The notes below the pieces were generated by a model. The model was not told where the DNA came from, did not search any database, and saw only the letters and a list, made by a program, of their open reading frames with translations. A program made the translations under genes and the position numbers. A stretch of DNA of 64,000 nt from a virus, in IMG/VR virus record IMGVR_UViG_3300013125_000003, positions 1 through 64,000 of that record; one strand, 5' to 3'. Below, in pieces: positions 7,589 through 17,362 of this stretch (positions are counted from its first letter, which is position 1; every line of letters starts with the position of its first letter).

Positions 7589-8091
7589 TACGCGCGAAAT
7601 TAATCATATTTCTAGCGTCGCTAATGCTATTAGGCGCAGTCTGGTCTTATGAAACGACCAAAGTAACCCAAAAAAAGATACAGACGGTTGGAACGCCTAT
7701 TAGCAAGGGACCTCTAAGCATCAGAATGTACGATTACTTGGTTGAATACTCGGAAAAGTACGAGGTACCTCTTCAAATAGCACTCGGAATAGCTGAAGCA
7801 GAAACCGGGTACGAGGGACCGTTTCACTGGGACTACAATCCAGCTAGAGTTTCCAGCGCTGGGGCGTGCGGAGCAATGCAGATACTTCCATCAACCGCAA
7901 CCTACATTTACGGTGAACGAGTAACGAAAGATCAACTCCTTACTGACCTTGAGCTTAACGTTGAAATCTCAATGAAGTACATGGCGTACCTTTACAAGAT
8001 GTCAAAGCGTTGGGACATCGCTCTTGGGTACTATAACACAGGCACACCAGTAGTCAACAGCTACGCGATGCGCATCATGAAAAACACCTAG
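7585..8091 (+). CDS. Lytic transglycosylase (SLT) with N-terminal signal/anchor
   Basis: AEAETG catalytic Glu, SSAGACGAMQI, ALGYYNTG; ends in TAG. Confidence 0.85.
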   Translation: MIRAKLIIFLASLMLLGAVWSYETTKVTQKKIQTVGTPISKGPLSIRMYDYLVEYSEKYEVPLQIALGIAEAETGYEGPFHWDYNPARVSSAGACGAMQILPSTATYIYGERVTKDQLLTDLELNVEISMKYMAYLYKMSKRWDIALGYYNTGTPVVNSYAMRIMKNT

Positions 8092-8096
8092 AACAA

Positions 8097-8429
8097 ATGG
8101 CTGATTTTTGCACGCAGTGTTCAGCTGCAACGTTTGGAGATAAAACACAGCCTGACATAAACATCAGGGAAACCGCTGCTTCTTTGAAAAACGGAACTTA
8201 CGTTCCTGTCCTGTGCGAAGGCTGCGGAATGAACGCAATCGGAAAGGATGAAAACGGGCAAGTACTCGTTAACATTCCCGAAAATATCAGAGACGACAGT
8301 TGTGAAACATACGTGTGGGTTCCTCTAGAAGATTTCGAAAAGGACCACCTAACTAAGTACTGGTACCATGCGTCTGAACACCAACAATTGTTAACAGAAA
8401 GTGAAACAATTTCACCCCAAGTAGTATAA
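8097..8429 (+). CDS. Hypothetical Cys-rich protein
   Basis: MADFCTQC...LCEGCG. Confidence 0.65.
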   Translation: MADFCTQCSAATFGDKTQPDINIRETAASLKNGTYVPVLCEGCGMNAIGKDENGQVLVNIPENIRDDSCETYVWVPLEDFEKDHLTKYWYHASEHQQLLTESETISPQVV

Positions 8430-8459
8430 TACTGCGACGGTTTCGACGAGTTCGAACCG

Positions 8460-10010
8460 ATGTTCGACAAGAAGATCTCAACCGGTCTCACCGGTGGCAA
8501 GAAAGTTGTCGTCGACGTTGAGTCGGACCTTTACGATTTCGCTTTCTCAGTCACTCCGTCCGGTGGTGTTGTCCTGTACAACATTGACAACGGAAAGATC
8601 ATGGTGAGCGAAGACGTTGACCAGGTTTACTACTTCTCATCCAAACCTCTCGGTACCTCCGTCCTTCCGGACAATTCTGCCCTCTATGCAGCGGTTTACG
8701 TCCTGTCAGACAAACTTCTCAACGATGATGCCGAACGGATGTTCAACATGCTGAGCGACCCGTACCACTACCGCATGCTCGCAAACGCTTTCGGAAAGCA
8801 GAAGCTCAATGCCTTCAAAGCTGCTGTGGCTGAATGCGTCGTTGACGTTACGAAGAGGTTCCCTGAAGGAGTCTTCCCAATCACCAGAGTTGACGACCAT
8901 GCGTACTGCGTCATGGATCTGATCAACGACCTTGGCGAGATGGACAACAAATTCTTCCCTGGCCACTCGGAATTCAATTACAACCGCATTGGCCGCAAGC
9001 GCGTTACCGCGGTTAACGAAGCCGGCGAACCTGAACAGATCGAAGCAAAGTTCGTTCAGACCGACCCGAACCCTGGTTACGCTCTCACCAGCCTTGTCTG
9101 GAATGAGAGTCGCGCAAACCTTTCGGTTCTGTGTCGCATTGAAGGAACTGTTGAACTGCCAGCTAATGAGCACAACATCACTTCGGTCCCATCGTTCAAG
9201 TACAGAGCTTACACTCTCATCAAGGACGGTATTCTCAACATCACCAAACTTCCGGTGAATTACACGAAGGAACTGTACGACCTGCTGCTCAGCCGCGGAA
9301 TCACAGCTGAGATTCAGGAAGATTACATCATCCTTGACCTTGGCAGCCTTCCTCTCGTGAACAGAGCGATGGTCCAGAACTGTTCAGCTAACGATCTGGC
9401 TCGCCAGGAATGGGAACTGATCAAGCTTCAGGGTCGCAAAAAAGTTTACGATTACTACAGGAAGAATCTCTTCCCGAAGGAAAGCAAATCGTACGCTGAC
9501 ACCTACGGTCAGGAAGCAGCAGAATGGTTAAAGCAGAACGGCATCACCGACTACAACGGTTTTGCTCCGAAAATGACAGCCGCTGAATCCACCGACTTCT
9601 ACATGTCAGTCAACCTGTTCACTAAGGTGAAAGGTCTGTCGTCCTTACCGAAAGTTGAGGACGTGATTGCCAACATAGCAAAAGGACCTATCTCCAAACC
9701 ATCTGAATGGGTAATGGCTGTCGCTATCGAAGAGTACAACCAGCAGATCAACTCTCCGCTCTTCATGAGCATGAAACCGGAAGATCAGCAGAAAGCTCTT
9801 CAGAATTACATCATCACGAAGTCTGACGAACTTAACAAAGCTCGTCGGGCAGCTCTACGCGAAATCGCGAAGACCAAGTTCTCCCTCATCCTTTCGAAGA
9901 AATGGTTCAAGGAGTTCAAGACCTTCGACGAGAACAAACTCACTCTCTTCCTGGACGGTCACCAGTTGGACTTCACTTTCGAAATGACCGAAAAGGCTGA
10001 GCAGATTTAA
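8460..10010 (+). CDS. Large hypothetical protein, possibly N-terminally truncated
   Basis: 516-aa ORF; frame open back to TAA 8427-8429 (YCDGFDEFEP-M); codon style differs from neighbours. Confidence 0.65.
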   Translation: MFDKKISTGLTGGKKVVVDVESDLYDFAFSVTPSGGVVLYNIDNGKIMVSEDVDQVYYFSSKPLGTSVLPDNSALYAAVYVLSDKLLNDDAERMFNMLSDPYHYRMLANAFGKQKLNAFKAAVAECVVDVTKRFPEGVFPITRVDDHAYCVMDLINDLGEMDNKFFPGHSEFNYNRIGRKRVTAVNEAGEPEQIEAKFVQTDPNPGYALTSLVWNESRANLSVLCRIEGTVELPANEHNITSVPSFKYRAYTLIKDGILNITKLPVNYTKELYDLLLSRGITAEIQEDYIILDLGSLPLVNRAMVQNCSANDLARQEWELIKLQGRKKVYDYYRKNLFPKESKSYADTYGQEAAEWLKQNGITDYNGFAPKMTAAESTDFYMSVNLFTKVKGLSSLPKVEDVIANIAKGPISKPSEWVMAVAIEEYNQQINSPLFMSMKPEDQQKALQNYIITKSDELNKARRAALREIAKTKFSLILSKKWFKEFKTFDENKLTLFLDGHQLDFTFEMTEKAEQI

Positions 10011-10030
10011 TCATACATCTCCTTTCTTTG

Positions 10031-10065
10031 GACCGGGACGGCCCTAAACGTCCCGGTCTTTTTTT
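10031..10065 (+). terminator. Rho-independent terminator
   Basis: GACCGGGACG-N8-CGTCCCGGTC-TTTTTTT. Confidence 0.85.
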
Positions 10066-10099
10066 GAACCAAGGAACGGTTGTGGCCGTACCATAAAAG

Positions 10100-10336
10100 A
10101 TGAATAAAACTATGAGTCAACGATCACATGCATACCAGCTCACACGAGATGTGACCCAGGAAGAATGCCCATGGTTGGGTAGAGACTTCAAAAAAGGCGA
10201 GACCGTTTTTGAGTACTTGCAGTACACTTACGGCTGTATAAGCCCTAGCGGAAAAGCTTTTACCGAGATTTTCGACAAAACTCCATTCTTCGAACTTCCA
10301 ATAGATTCTGTCGACCAGGAAGATCAATGCGGCTAA
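10100..10336 (+). CDS. Hypothetical protein
   Basis: RDVT.EECPWL...TYGCIS..G.A...PFFELP. Confidence 0.65.
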   Translation: MNKTMSQRSHAYQLTRDVTQEECPWLGRDFKKGETVFEYLQYTYGCISPSGKAFTEIFDKTPFFELPIDSVDQEDQCG

Positions 10337-10388
10337 TCCTTTCGAAACTCAATCGAATTGGTTAGTAAAAATTAGCAAAGAATTCCAA

Positions 10389-12116
10389 ATGACGGATCTG
10401 AAAAAAGAGTTCGAACAGTTCGTTCAAACAAAGCACCCAACACTACAGTTCAGGCCTCAGCAAAAAGAGGTCATAATCGACATACTCGAAGCCTACTTTG
10501 AGGATCCGGACGGCATTTACCTGTTGGACGCTCCGACTGGGTCAGGAAAGTCAATCATCGCTATGGTAGCCGCTGACTTTCTCATTCACAAGGGAAAACG
10601 TGGCTACATACTCGCTTCGGATCTCGTCCTTCACCAGCAGTACGTCAACGATTTCAGAAGAATGCAACTTTGGAACTGGGGAAACGTGAAGGGCGTTGAT
10701 AATTACGCGTGTGCAGTAAACGGAGAAAGATTTTCGATCGGAGATTGCAAGAGCAAGGGAATGTCGTACCAAGCGGCAGAATCCCTACCGTGTTTCAAGC
10801 ACTGCGGCTATCTGATGGCAAGAAGAAAATCGATACGCTCGCCGTTAGCTCTTCTCACCTACCCTTACGCGCTCATCCAAAGAAATTACGTCGAAGAAAA
10901 GCAGACTACTCCACCGTTTCCGAAGAGAGATTTTGTAGTCTGTGATGAAGCTCACAAGATACTGGACATCGTTCAAGGTCACTTCAGCCCGTTAGTCTCG
11001 CATGACATCTACAAGAAAGTCGAAAGATTATCAGACGGCTTGTTCGACATAGGTTTGAAGAGACCGAAGATCGACATAAATCGTCTAGAGCGGTTGGTCA
11101 AGGACATCTATGCCGAAGAAGATCACGACGTTCTTCTGACTTTGATGAAAGAAGTAGAAAAGATACTCGAAAGTTTGGTTTCTTCAGTCGGTGATATTCG
11201 AGAGATTGCAGGTAAAGAGTTCGGCGAAGAAGATGTGCCACGAGAGTGGATAAAAGTGTTCAACCTTTACGACTGGTGCAAGGACTGTCACTGCAAGATA
11301 GAAGATTATTGCGACATAATAGACCAAGTTGGAGTCAGCAAGATGGTAAAAAATCCAGGCGAGAAAAGCATAGCTTTCAACTGCATCGACGAATACTACT
11401 TGCTAGGAAAGCACTTCTTCAACCAGTTTGGGTTCAAACTGCTAATGACAGCAACAGTAGGCAACCCAACCGATTTCATGAAGAATCACGGAATAAAGAA
11501 CGCAAGGTACTTCAAGATGGATTCTCACTTCAAGTGGGATAACTCACCTATCATTTACTACCCAGGAAAGAAGATGTCAGCTCGGCACTTAGAAGATAAC
11601 TTCGAATGGGGTGTTAAGACTCTATCCCAAATCCTAGCTACACACCCAGACGATTCAGGCATCATACACACTGGTTCTTATGAACTTGGGCAAAAATTGT
11701 GGCAGGCCCTTCCTAAAGAGGTCAGGAAGAGGGTCCTTCTTTACAAAGGTTCTGAGGAAAAGGACGTCATGTTGAAGAAGATGAAGAAGAAGAGGGGAAC
11801 TGTTCTCATGGGGCCTTCACTGCTTGAAGGTTTGAACCTAATCGACGACCTTTCTCGGTTTCAGGTGTTCATGAAGGTACCTTACCCTCACCTTGGTGAT
11901 AAGTACGTTGCAGCAAAGCTCAAATTCTCGCAAAAATGGTACAACTGGAAGACTTCCATATCAGTCTTACAAGGAACTGGCCGATCTATACGAACTCCGG
12001 ACGATTGGGCAGTCACTTATTTGGTAGATGGGTGTTTTTCTGATCTTTTTCAAGTAGCCGGTGATCAATTTCCGGTAGAATTCAGATCTCGAGTAAAGGT
12101 GGAATTCAAAAGGTAA
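10389..12116 (+). CDS. DinG/Rad3-like SF2 helicase
   Basis: APTGSGKS, CDEAH, MTAT, EGLN, KVPYP, QGTGRSIR; Cys cluster. Confidence 0.9.
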   Translation: MTDLKKEFEQFVQTKHPTLQFRPQQKEVIIDILEAYFEDPDGIYLLDAPTGSGKSIIAMVAADFLIHKGKRGYILASDLVLHQQYVNDFRRMQLWNWGNVKGVDNYACAVNGERFSIGDCKSKGMSYQAAESLPCFKHCGYLMARRKSIRSPLALLTYPYALIQRNYVEEKQTTPPFPKRDFVVCDEAHKILDIVQGHFSPLVSHDIYKKVERLSDGLFDIGLKRPKIDINRLERLVKDIYAEEDHDVLLTLMKEVEKILESLVSSVGDIREIAGKEFGEEDVPREWIKVFNLYDWCKDCHCKIEDYCDIIDQVGVSKMVKNPGEKSIAFNCIDEYYLLGKHFFNQFGFKLLMTATVGNPTDFMKNHGIKNARYFKMDSHFKWDNSPIIYYPGKKMSARHLEDNFEWGVKTLSQILATHPDDSGIIHTGSYELGQKLWQALPKEVRKRVLLYKGSEEKDVMLKKMKKKRGTVLMGPSLLEGLNLIDDLSRFQVFMKVPYPHLGDKYVAAKLKFSQKWYNWKTSISVLQGTGRSIRTPDDWAVTYLVDGCFSDLFQVAGDQFPVEFRSRVKVEFKR

Positions 12117-12141
12117 TAAATAACAAAAAGTTACCTTAGTT

Positions 12142-12705
12142 ATGCCAAGAAAACACGTAAAGGTCTTCGAAGAATTCAGCGCAGACCGCTTTCTAGAAAA
12201 CCCAGAAGCTGAACTAGCCAGCAGTTCCGATCCTAACGAAATAGGTGAAAGGGATTACGTAGATTCTTACAGAGGTAAAGGTCAAGTGCTTGAAATCGTT
12301 GGCGACTTTGCAAGAGTTCAGCTAGAAGGAGCTGAACAGAAGATCGTGAAGATTCCTGTGTTCTCGCTGAAGAAAAGCAGTGCGCCGACTTCCAAAGTCG
12401 ACTACAAGATGATACGTAACGAGATAGCTGACCTTGCAGATAACATCACAAGCTACGTTTCTTACCTAGAGCAAGATCCAACTGCAATAGATCTGCACAG
12501 CGCAGAAGATCTGCTGAGCAACACGCTGGTCGACATCATCTCTCTGCAGAAACAGGATCCTAGCATCATAAGTTCCAACGAATTTGACTCGATCTATCAC
12601 AATTCGGTCAATTTGGGAGACATGATAACAAACATTTCTCCCGGTAGAAAAGAAGCTATCGACACGATCCTTGCCAAGTACGAAGAGCTTGGAAACATGC
12701 AGTAA
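12142..12705 (+). CDS. Late protein with capsid-targeting-like N-terminus
   Basis: ATAAATA 12116-12122; MPRKHVKVFEEF. Confidence 0.7.
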   Translation: MPRKHVKVFEEFSADRFLENPEAELASSSDPNEIGERDYVDSYRGKGQVLEIVGDFARVQLEGAEQKIVKIPVFSLKKSSAPTSKVDYKMIRNEIADLADNITSYVSYLEQDPTAIDLHSAEDLLSNTLVDIISLQKQDPSIISSNEFDSIYHNSVNLGDMITNISPGRKEAIDTILAKYEELGNMQ

Positions 12706-12776
12706 CCATTCCATTTTTTCCTTTTTGTAGTATAATTTAGGTGAGCTTAAGGTTCATCTAAAAAAATTGTGTCAAC

Positions 12777-12938
12777 ATGGTAGTAGAAGTGATCAAAGAA
12801 CACGATGGAATTCCGGAAGGTTCGCGAATGAAGGTCGATAAGGAACTCAAACACTCTTACAAAGGCGTGTGGTCAAGCATGATGGGGTCCTACACAGTGA
12901 AATTCAAAAAGAAATACTGCAAAATCGTAGAAAAATGA
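12777..12938 (+). CDS. Small hypothetical protein (53 aa, not in track)
   Basis: MVVEVIKEHDGIPEGSRMKV...KKKYCKIVEK*; ATGA overlap with next gene. Confidence 0.6.
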   Translation: MVVEVIKEHDGIPEGSRMKVDKELKHSYKGVWSSMMGSYTVKFKKKYCKIVEK

Positions 12939-13162
12939 GCGCTCTAGGTTATCTGATGGGAACCACTTACATGTTTGTGGACATGATGCACGACATGGAA
13001 GAAAAAAACAAGCAGAGGTGTGACGATCTTATTGATCAGTACAAAAACCTTCAGAATTTTCCTCGTAAAAAGAAGAAGAAAGAGAAGAAACGCATCCTTC
13101 TTGAGTACGCAATCTTTAGCTACAATCCGTTGACCGGAAAGACTTACGATTGGGCAAAATGA
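12935..13162 (+). CDS. Hypothetical protein
   Basis: Start MSALGYL at the ATGA overlap. Confidence 0.6.
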   Translation: MSALGYLMGTTYMFVDMMHDMEEKNKQRCDDLIDQYKNLQNFPRKKKKKEKKRILLEYAIFSYNPLTGKTYDWAK

Positions 13163-13171
13163 TCAAATCCT

Positions 13172-13651
13172 ATGGCGGTAGTCCTTCAAGCACCGAACTA
13201 TTCTGAAAAATCCCTAGCTTCCAGAAGCATCTTTCTTGCTGGCGGAATCACTAACTGCCCAAACTGGCAGAACGAAGTGATAGAAAAATTGTTTGACATT
13301 CCGGACCTAGTCATCTTCAACCCACGAAGAGACAATTTTGATACTGGCGACGAGAAAGAGTCAGACGTTCAAATAGAGTGGGAATTTAAGCACCTCGAAA
13401 AAGCTGACATGATTCTCTTTTGGTTCTCGGAAGGTTCGTTAAATCCGATCACTCTGTTCGAGTACGGCTTGTGGGGTAGGCTAAGACTTCCTACCCAAGG
13501 GAACGTACGCAGAATATTCGTGGGGACGCATCCTAATTATCCCAGATCGTTTGATGTCAGAAAGCAAACCTCACTTGCTTGCGGGCCGACCGTGTACAGT
13601 TCCATCGACGAATTGGTACAATCTGTAAGAAATCACATAACGAATCACTAA
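13172..13651 (+). CDS. Nucleoside 2-deoxyribosyltransferase-like protein
   Basis: IFLAGGI..CPNWQ..FNPRR..QIEWE..PITLFEYG. Confidence 0.8.
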   Translation: MAVVLQAPNYSEKSLASRSIFLAGGITNCPNWQNEVIEKLFDIPDLVIFNPRRDNFDTGDEKESDVQIEWEFKHLEKADMILFWFSEGSLNPITLFEYGLWGRLRLPTQGNVRRIFVGTHPNYPRSFDVRKQTSLACGPTVYSSIDELVQSVRNHITNH

Positions 13652-13652
13652 A

Positions 13653-14267
13653 ATGTTCAAATCGTTAAAAATTTGGTGGGTCAAGCGCACAAACCGCTTG
13701 GCTAAAGCAGGTAACAAGCAGAATGCTGAACAAAGAGCTATAGTTCAGAAAGAGTTGGAAGAGCTCAGAGGAATGGCCAAAGTAAAGGAAGCCGAAGAAG
13801 ACGAATCTAATCGGTCTTACGTAAACCTGCACAACAGCACCTGTCCAAAGTGCGGAGCTGACGGAAATCTTGACGTGGTCGACAAGATTCAGAGAGTTCA
13901 AGGTGATGGTCACGTTGGCGGCGATTTTTTCTTGGGGTGCGGAAGTATCTACGGTGAGATGGAAATTGACACAAACGAGGTCAATCACTGCAACAAGTGC
14001 GGAAATCAGTGGAAGAAGGAAAAAAGAAGGTTCACAACTCATAACAAAGTCATGGCTGACTGGCTTAACGAGATAGAGACCCACCTGGAAGGAAAGTACA
14101 TGTACGCTAAGCGAACAGTCGACAAACTCCAAAAATTTCATGCTGAGTCAATATTTGCAATGTTCGGCGAAGCAGACGATGACAAACTTTATTACAGCGC
14201 AAAGAGCACAGTGACCTTATCTGCATTACGAACCCTGTTCAAATCTGTGTTCGATGAAAATAGCTAG
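13653..14267 (+). CDS. Hypothetical Zn-ribbon protein
   Basis: CPKCG and CNKCGNQW. Confidence 0.65.
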   Translation: MFKSLKIWWVKRTNRLAKAGNKQNAEQRAIVQKELEELRGMAKVKEAEEDESNRSYVNLHNSTCPKCGADGNLDVVDKIQRVQGDGHVGGDFFLGCGSIYGEMEIDTNEVNHCNKCGNQWKKEKRRFTTHNKVMADWLNEIETHLEGKYMYAKRTVDKLQKFHAESIFAMFGEADDDKLYYSAKSTVTLSALRTLFKSVFDENS

Positions 14268-14583
14268 CCGAAAGTATCTTTGGGAAATTCTTGTCCCGTA
14301 CCATGACAATGCTGGTAATAAGTTCGACCTTGCTTATCACCACCAGTGGGACGATAAAGTTCGGTCGATTGCTGGAGGACTGACCATATTCAAAACTTCA
14401 AAGGGGCAGTGGGTCAGCGAAGATAACGAACAGTTCAACGACCGTATGATCCCTGTGAGAATTTACTGCAGCGAATCGCAGATCGACGAGATCATAGAAT
14501 TCACACTGGAACACTACGATCAGAAAGCTGTACTGTGTTACACTATTAGCGATTTCGTTAAGCTAGTTTCTCGGCAAAACTAA
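14254..14583 (+). CDS. Hypothetical protein
   Basis: LWEILVP...GGLTI...GQW...MIPVRI. Confidence 0.65.
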   Translation: MKIASRKYLWEILVPYHDNAGNKFDLAYHHQWDDKVRSIAGGLTIFKTSKGQWVSEDNEQFNDRMIPVRIYCSESQIDEIIEFTLEHYDQKAVLCYTISDFVKLVSRQN

Positions 14584-14618
14584 TTTTCCAACCATCGTAT
14601 AAATACTATTGGAACATA

Positions 14619-15607
14619 GAGCCTCGCTCTGTGAGTCTCGGGTCCAAGGGCCCTTGAGCGATCGATCGAACGGTCGCGATGAGATTTGCAAAAATAACAC
14701 AGCTAACTATGTACCTAAATCAATCAAGCTCGTACTATTCGAGCGGAGTATACTATTACTCAACATCAAATCCAACTCCAACCGCTCACGTCACCGTGAG
14801 TAGAAATCGTCTAAAGCTTTACGGAGAAAACGTTTACATGAAGGACGGAACCTCCTTTGAGATTGAGCTTTGGAATCCAAGGTCAAACAGAGTTCTCGCA
14901 AAAATTTCCATCAACGGAGTTTCCGTGTCAGGTGGAGGTATCGTCGTGAATCCTGGCCAAAGAGGTTACCTCGAACGGTTCTTGGAAGAGGATCGTAAGT
15001 TCAAATTCACGACCTACGAAGCAGAAAATTCAGCTGAAGGAAGAGCTGCAATCGCAAAGAACGGACTGGTAACAGTCGAGTTCTACGATGAGATCGTCCA
15101 ACCGAAAAATTGGTTCTGCGGAAACGGTTCCATCACTATTAATGGACCGACAATTTGCGGCGGAACTACCGGAAATCCGACCGTCAATCCGACCTTCACG
15201 TCTGACCACTGTTATTTCAACAGCACGCCAAGCGCAGGTCTCGGAGACAACATCGGAATGTCAGCTAATTACTCAGCTAACATGAACCTGGCTTGTGAGG
15301 ACAGTTTTTCTGATAAAATACCGATTGGCCTAAAGTTGACAAAATCCTCTCTAAACATAGAGACAGGTAGAATCGAAAAGGGTGAACGCTCAAACCAGAA
15401 GCTGGTCGATACTTACGGAGATTTCAGCTTCTACGCTTGCGCTTACTACACAGTGAAGATCCTTCCAGAAAGCCAAAAACCCGCAGAGATTGGCGAGATT
15501 CGCTCGTACTGCACAGGTTGCGGCCGTAGGTGGAGATCCGGTGAAGCCTTCTGCCCAACGTGCGGAACCGCTAGAAACAATTAACAATTTGTGCAAGAGC
15601 GAGGCTC
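14619..15607. repeat. 12-bp perfect inverted repeat enclosing one gene
   Basis: GAGCCTCGCTCT 14619-14630 / AGAGCGAGGCTC 15596-15607. Confidence 0.75.
14709..15584 (+). CDS. Hypothetical protein with C-terminal zinc ribbon
   Basis: FEIELWNP..VLAKISING..YLERFL; IETGRIEKG; CTGCG..FCPTCG; likely start 14709. Confidence 0.75.
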   Translation: MYLNQSSSYYSSGVYYYSTSNPTPTAHVTVSRNRLKLYGENVYMKDGTSFEIELWNPRSNRVLAKISINGVSVSGGGIVVNPGQRGYLERFLEEDRKFKFTTYEAENSAEGRAAIAKNGLVTVEFYDEIVQPKNWFCGNGSITINGPTICGGTTGNPTVNPTFTSDHCYFNSTPSAGLGDNIGMSANYSANMNLACEDSFSDKIPIGLKLTKSSLNIETGRIEKGERSNQKLVDTYGDFSFYACAYYTVKILPESQKPAEIGEIRSYCTGCGRRWRSGEAFCPTCGTARNN

Positions 15608-15654
15608 AAATTGTTCCTCTTTCCGTATAAATAACTCAAAATTGCATAACCAAC

Positions 15655-15933
15655 ATGGCAGAAATGAGTTTAACTAGCAGCGGAGCTAAGAAGGTCTTAA
15701 GTTTTGAAGAATTCACAGCCGCTCAGGACGGTGGAATGTCAGTTCCTACGATTGGGGAACAGCCAGAACTTCCAACCAAACCTATCGTTGCTGAACCGGA
15801 AACACCGGAAATGACTGACGAAATTCCAGCTACTGAACCTGGACAAGACGAAGTTACCTTGCTAGACGGTCCGGAAGACGGATCCGAAGAGCCTGCTCCA
15901 TCGGGAGAAGAAACCGAAGAGCCAACCGCTTAA
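15655..15933 (+). CDS. Acidic late protein with capsid-targeting-like motif
   Basis: TATAAATA 15626-15633; KKVLSFEEF. Confidence 0.65.
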   Translation: MAEMSLTSSGAKKVLSFEEFTAAQDGGMSVPTIGEQPELPTKPIVAEPETPEMTDEIPATEPGQDEVTLLDGPEDGSEEPAPSGEETEEPTA

Positions 15934-15970
15934 TCAACTACTTTTTACTAAAAATAACTTCGTACACGAA

Positions 15971-16366
15971 ATGACAGGTTCTCGTGGCACTAACGATTCA
16001 GTGGATAACATGATGAATGACATTCTAACAGCATTAGAAGTCATTAAGAAGCAACTACCGAACGGCGAATTAAAAGCAATTCAAGAGAGAATAGAGCGGA
16101 TCGATCAGTCTCAAGAAGGAATGAAGGAAGATCTTCGTGCGATAAAGAGACAGTTACTGGATCCGGAAGACGGAATTATCGTTAGGGTCAACAAGAACAC
16201 AGAATTCAGAAAGAAGCAAGAATCCGAGGAAAAGGACTTCGACAAGTTTATAGAAGAACACAAAGACATGATGTCGTTTAAGGACACTGTTACTAAGATC
16301 ATTTGGATAGTCTTCACTGCAATCGCTGGAATAATACTGGCGATGATATTCGGAGTGACAAAGTAA
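15971..16366 (+). CDS. Coiled-coil protein with C-terminal TM helix (holin-like topology)
   Basis: IIWIVFTAIAGIILAMIFG at the C-terminus. Confidence 0.55.
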   Translation: MTGSRGTNDSVDNMMNDILTALEVIKKQLPNGELKAIQERIERIDQSQEGMKEDLRAIKRQLLDPEDGIIVRVNKNTEFRKKQESEEKDFDKFIEEHKDMMSFKDTVTKIIWIVFTAIAGIILAMIFGVTK

Positions 16367-16371
16367 ACAAC

Positions 16372-16527
16372 ATGAAGAGGCTCGTCGAAAATTTTGACCA
16401 ATTCTTGCAGCAAGCAAGTTTATCCCAGACCGGCGATCCTAACATTTTTGGGTTGAACCCAAAGAAAAAGGGCTTGAAAGTTAAGAAAAGTAAGCCCAAA
16501 CTAAAATCCAAACAACAGCCTGAGTAG
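16372..16527 (+). CDS. Small basic protein with capsid-targeting-like N-terminus
   Basis: MKRLVENFDQFLQQ...Lys-rich; ends in TAG. Confidence 0.55.
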   Translation: MKRLVENFDQFLQQASLSQTGDPNIFGLNPKKKGLKVKKSKPKLKSKQQPE

Positions 16528-16563
16528 TATAATATCGTTAGTAAAAAAGACTAGCGAAATTAT

Positions 16564-16752
16564 ATGCAAACAACCTTCGCCGAACCAGGCATAATCATCA
16601 CCATCCAAGAAGAAAAGGGATCCAACTACTACGATGAAGAGCTAGCAGAAGCTCTTGTCGAAATGTGGAGAGCCCGTCACAGTTGGACTCCTGAGCAGAG
16701 GGAGAGAATTATCGCCATCACAAAAGAATCGTACATTGACCATGGCAAATAA
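16564..16752 (+). CDS. Hypothetical protein
   Basis: ORF after GTATAAT 16527-16533; coupled to next gene. Confidence 0.5.
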   Translation: MQTTFAEPGIIITIQEEKGSNYYDEELAEALVEMWRARHSWTPEQRERIIAITKESYIDHGK

Positions 16753-16957
16753 CGAGATGTTTTACCGGGAAGAAGACGTGTACAAGGAGTGCTTAACTAA
16801 GCATGCTTTTCAGTGGATGAAAGAGTACAGTCACCTCAACAGTGTTTGGTACTTGGAAAACAATGCCGGGCCGGTTCTCAGCTACTTTATCAACAAGTAC
16901 GGAATTAGCAGGGTTCTGGAAGAGCTTGACAGAAAAATACAAGAACTCATAAAGTGA
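16742..16957 (+). CDS. Hypothetical protein
   Basis: MANNEMFY...; overlap coupling on both sides. Confidence 0.5.
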   Translation: MANNEMFYREEDVYKECLTKHAFQWMKEYSHLNSVWYLENNAGPVLSYFINKYGISRVLEELDRKIQELIK

Positions 16958-17361
16958 TGATAGCTCTGTTTCAATCAAAGAAGATACAAGTAAGGGAGAG
17001 CCCAGTCCACGGTTGGGGAGTGTTTGCGACGGAAGACATAGCGAACAACGAACTAATCGAAGAGTGCGCTTTTGTCGAACTTCCTATAGCTTACGGAGAA
17101 TCGTCTTCTCTTCTTATAGATTACCGGTTCAACTATCCGGCCGGACCAATGACGGCTGAAACCAAACAGGTCGCAGTTTTAGGTTACGGAATGCTATACA
17201 ATCACCGATCTCCGAGCAATGCGTACTGGGTGACTGATACTACATCTCGCAGTTTTAAGTTTTACTCGTGTGCCCCTATTAAAGCTGGGGAGGAAATTTT
17301 TCTGTACTACGGCGGCGACGATTACTGGAAGGACGGCAGAACAAACACAAAAATAAAGTAA
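16954..17361 (+). CDS. SET-domain protein
   Basis: SPVHGWGVFATEDI, YGMLYNH..PSNA, IKAGEEIFLYYG. Confidence 0.88.
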   Translation: MMIALFQSKKIQVRESPVHGWGVFATEDIANNELIEECAFVELPIAYGESSSLLIDYRFNYPAGPMTAETKQVAVLGYGMLYNHRSPSNAYWVTDTTSRSFKFYSCAPIKAGEEIFLYYGGDDYWKDGRTNTKIK

Positions 17362-17362
17362 G

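Noticed and set aside
10389-10430. KKEFEQFVQ in the DinG helicase as a capsid tag
   Set aside because: It follows an early-type promoter and is probably a chance amphipathic helix; it shows the tag motif has false positives.
12703-12736. AAC-N16 promoter at 12730 (also 16527 and 1604)
   Set aside because: A -10-like GTAYAAT is present but there is no AAC at 16-nt spacing, so these were not counted in the bipartite class.
14634-14686. Hammerhead ribozyme
   Set aside because: The three-way junction lacks the CUGANGA and GAAA core.
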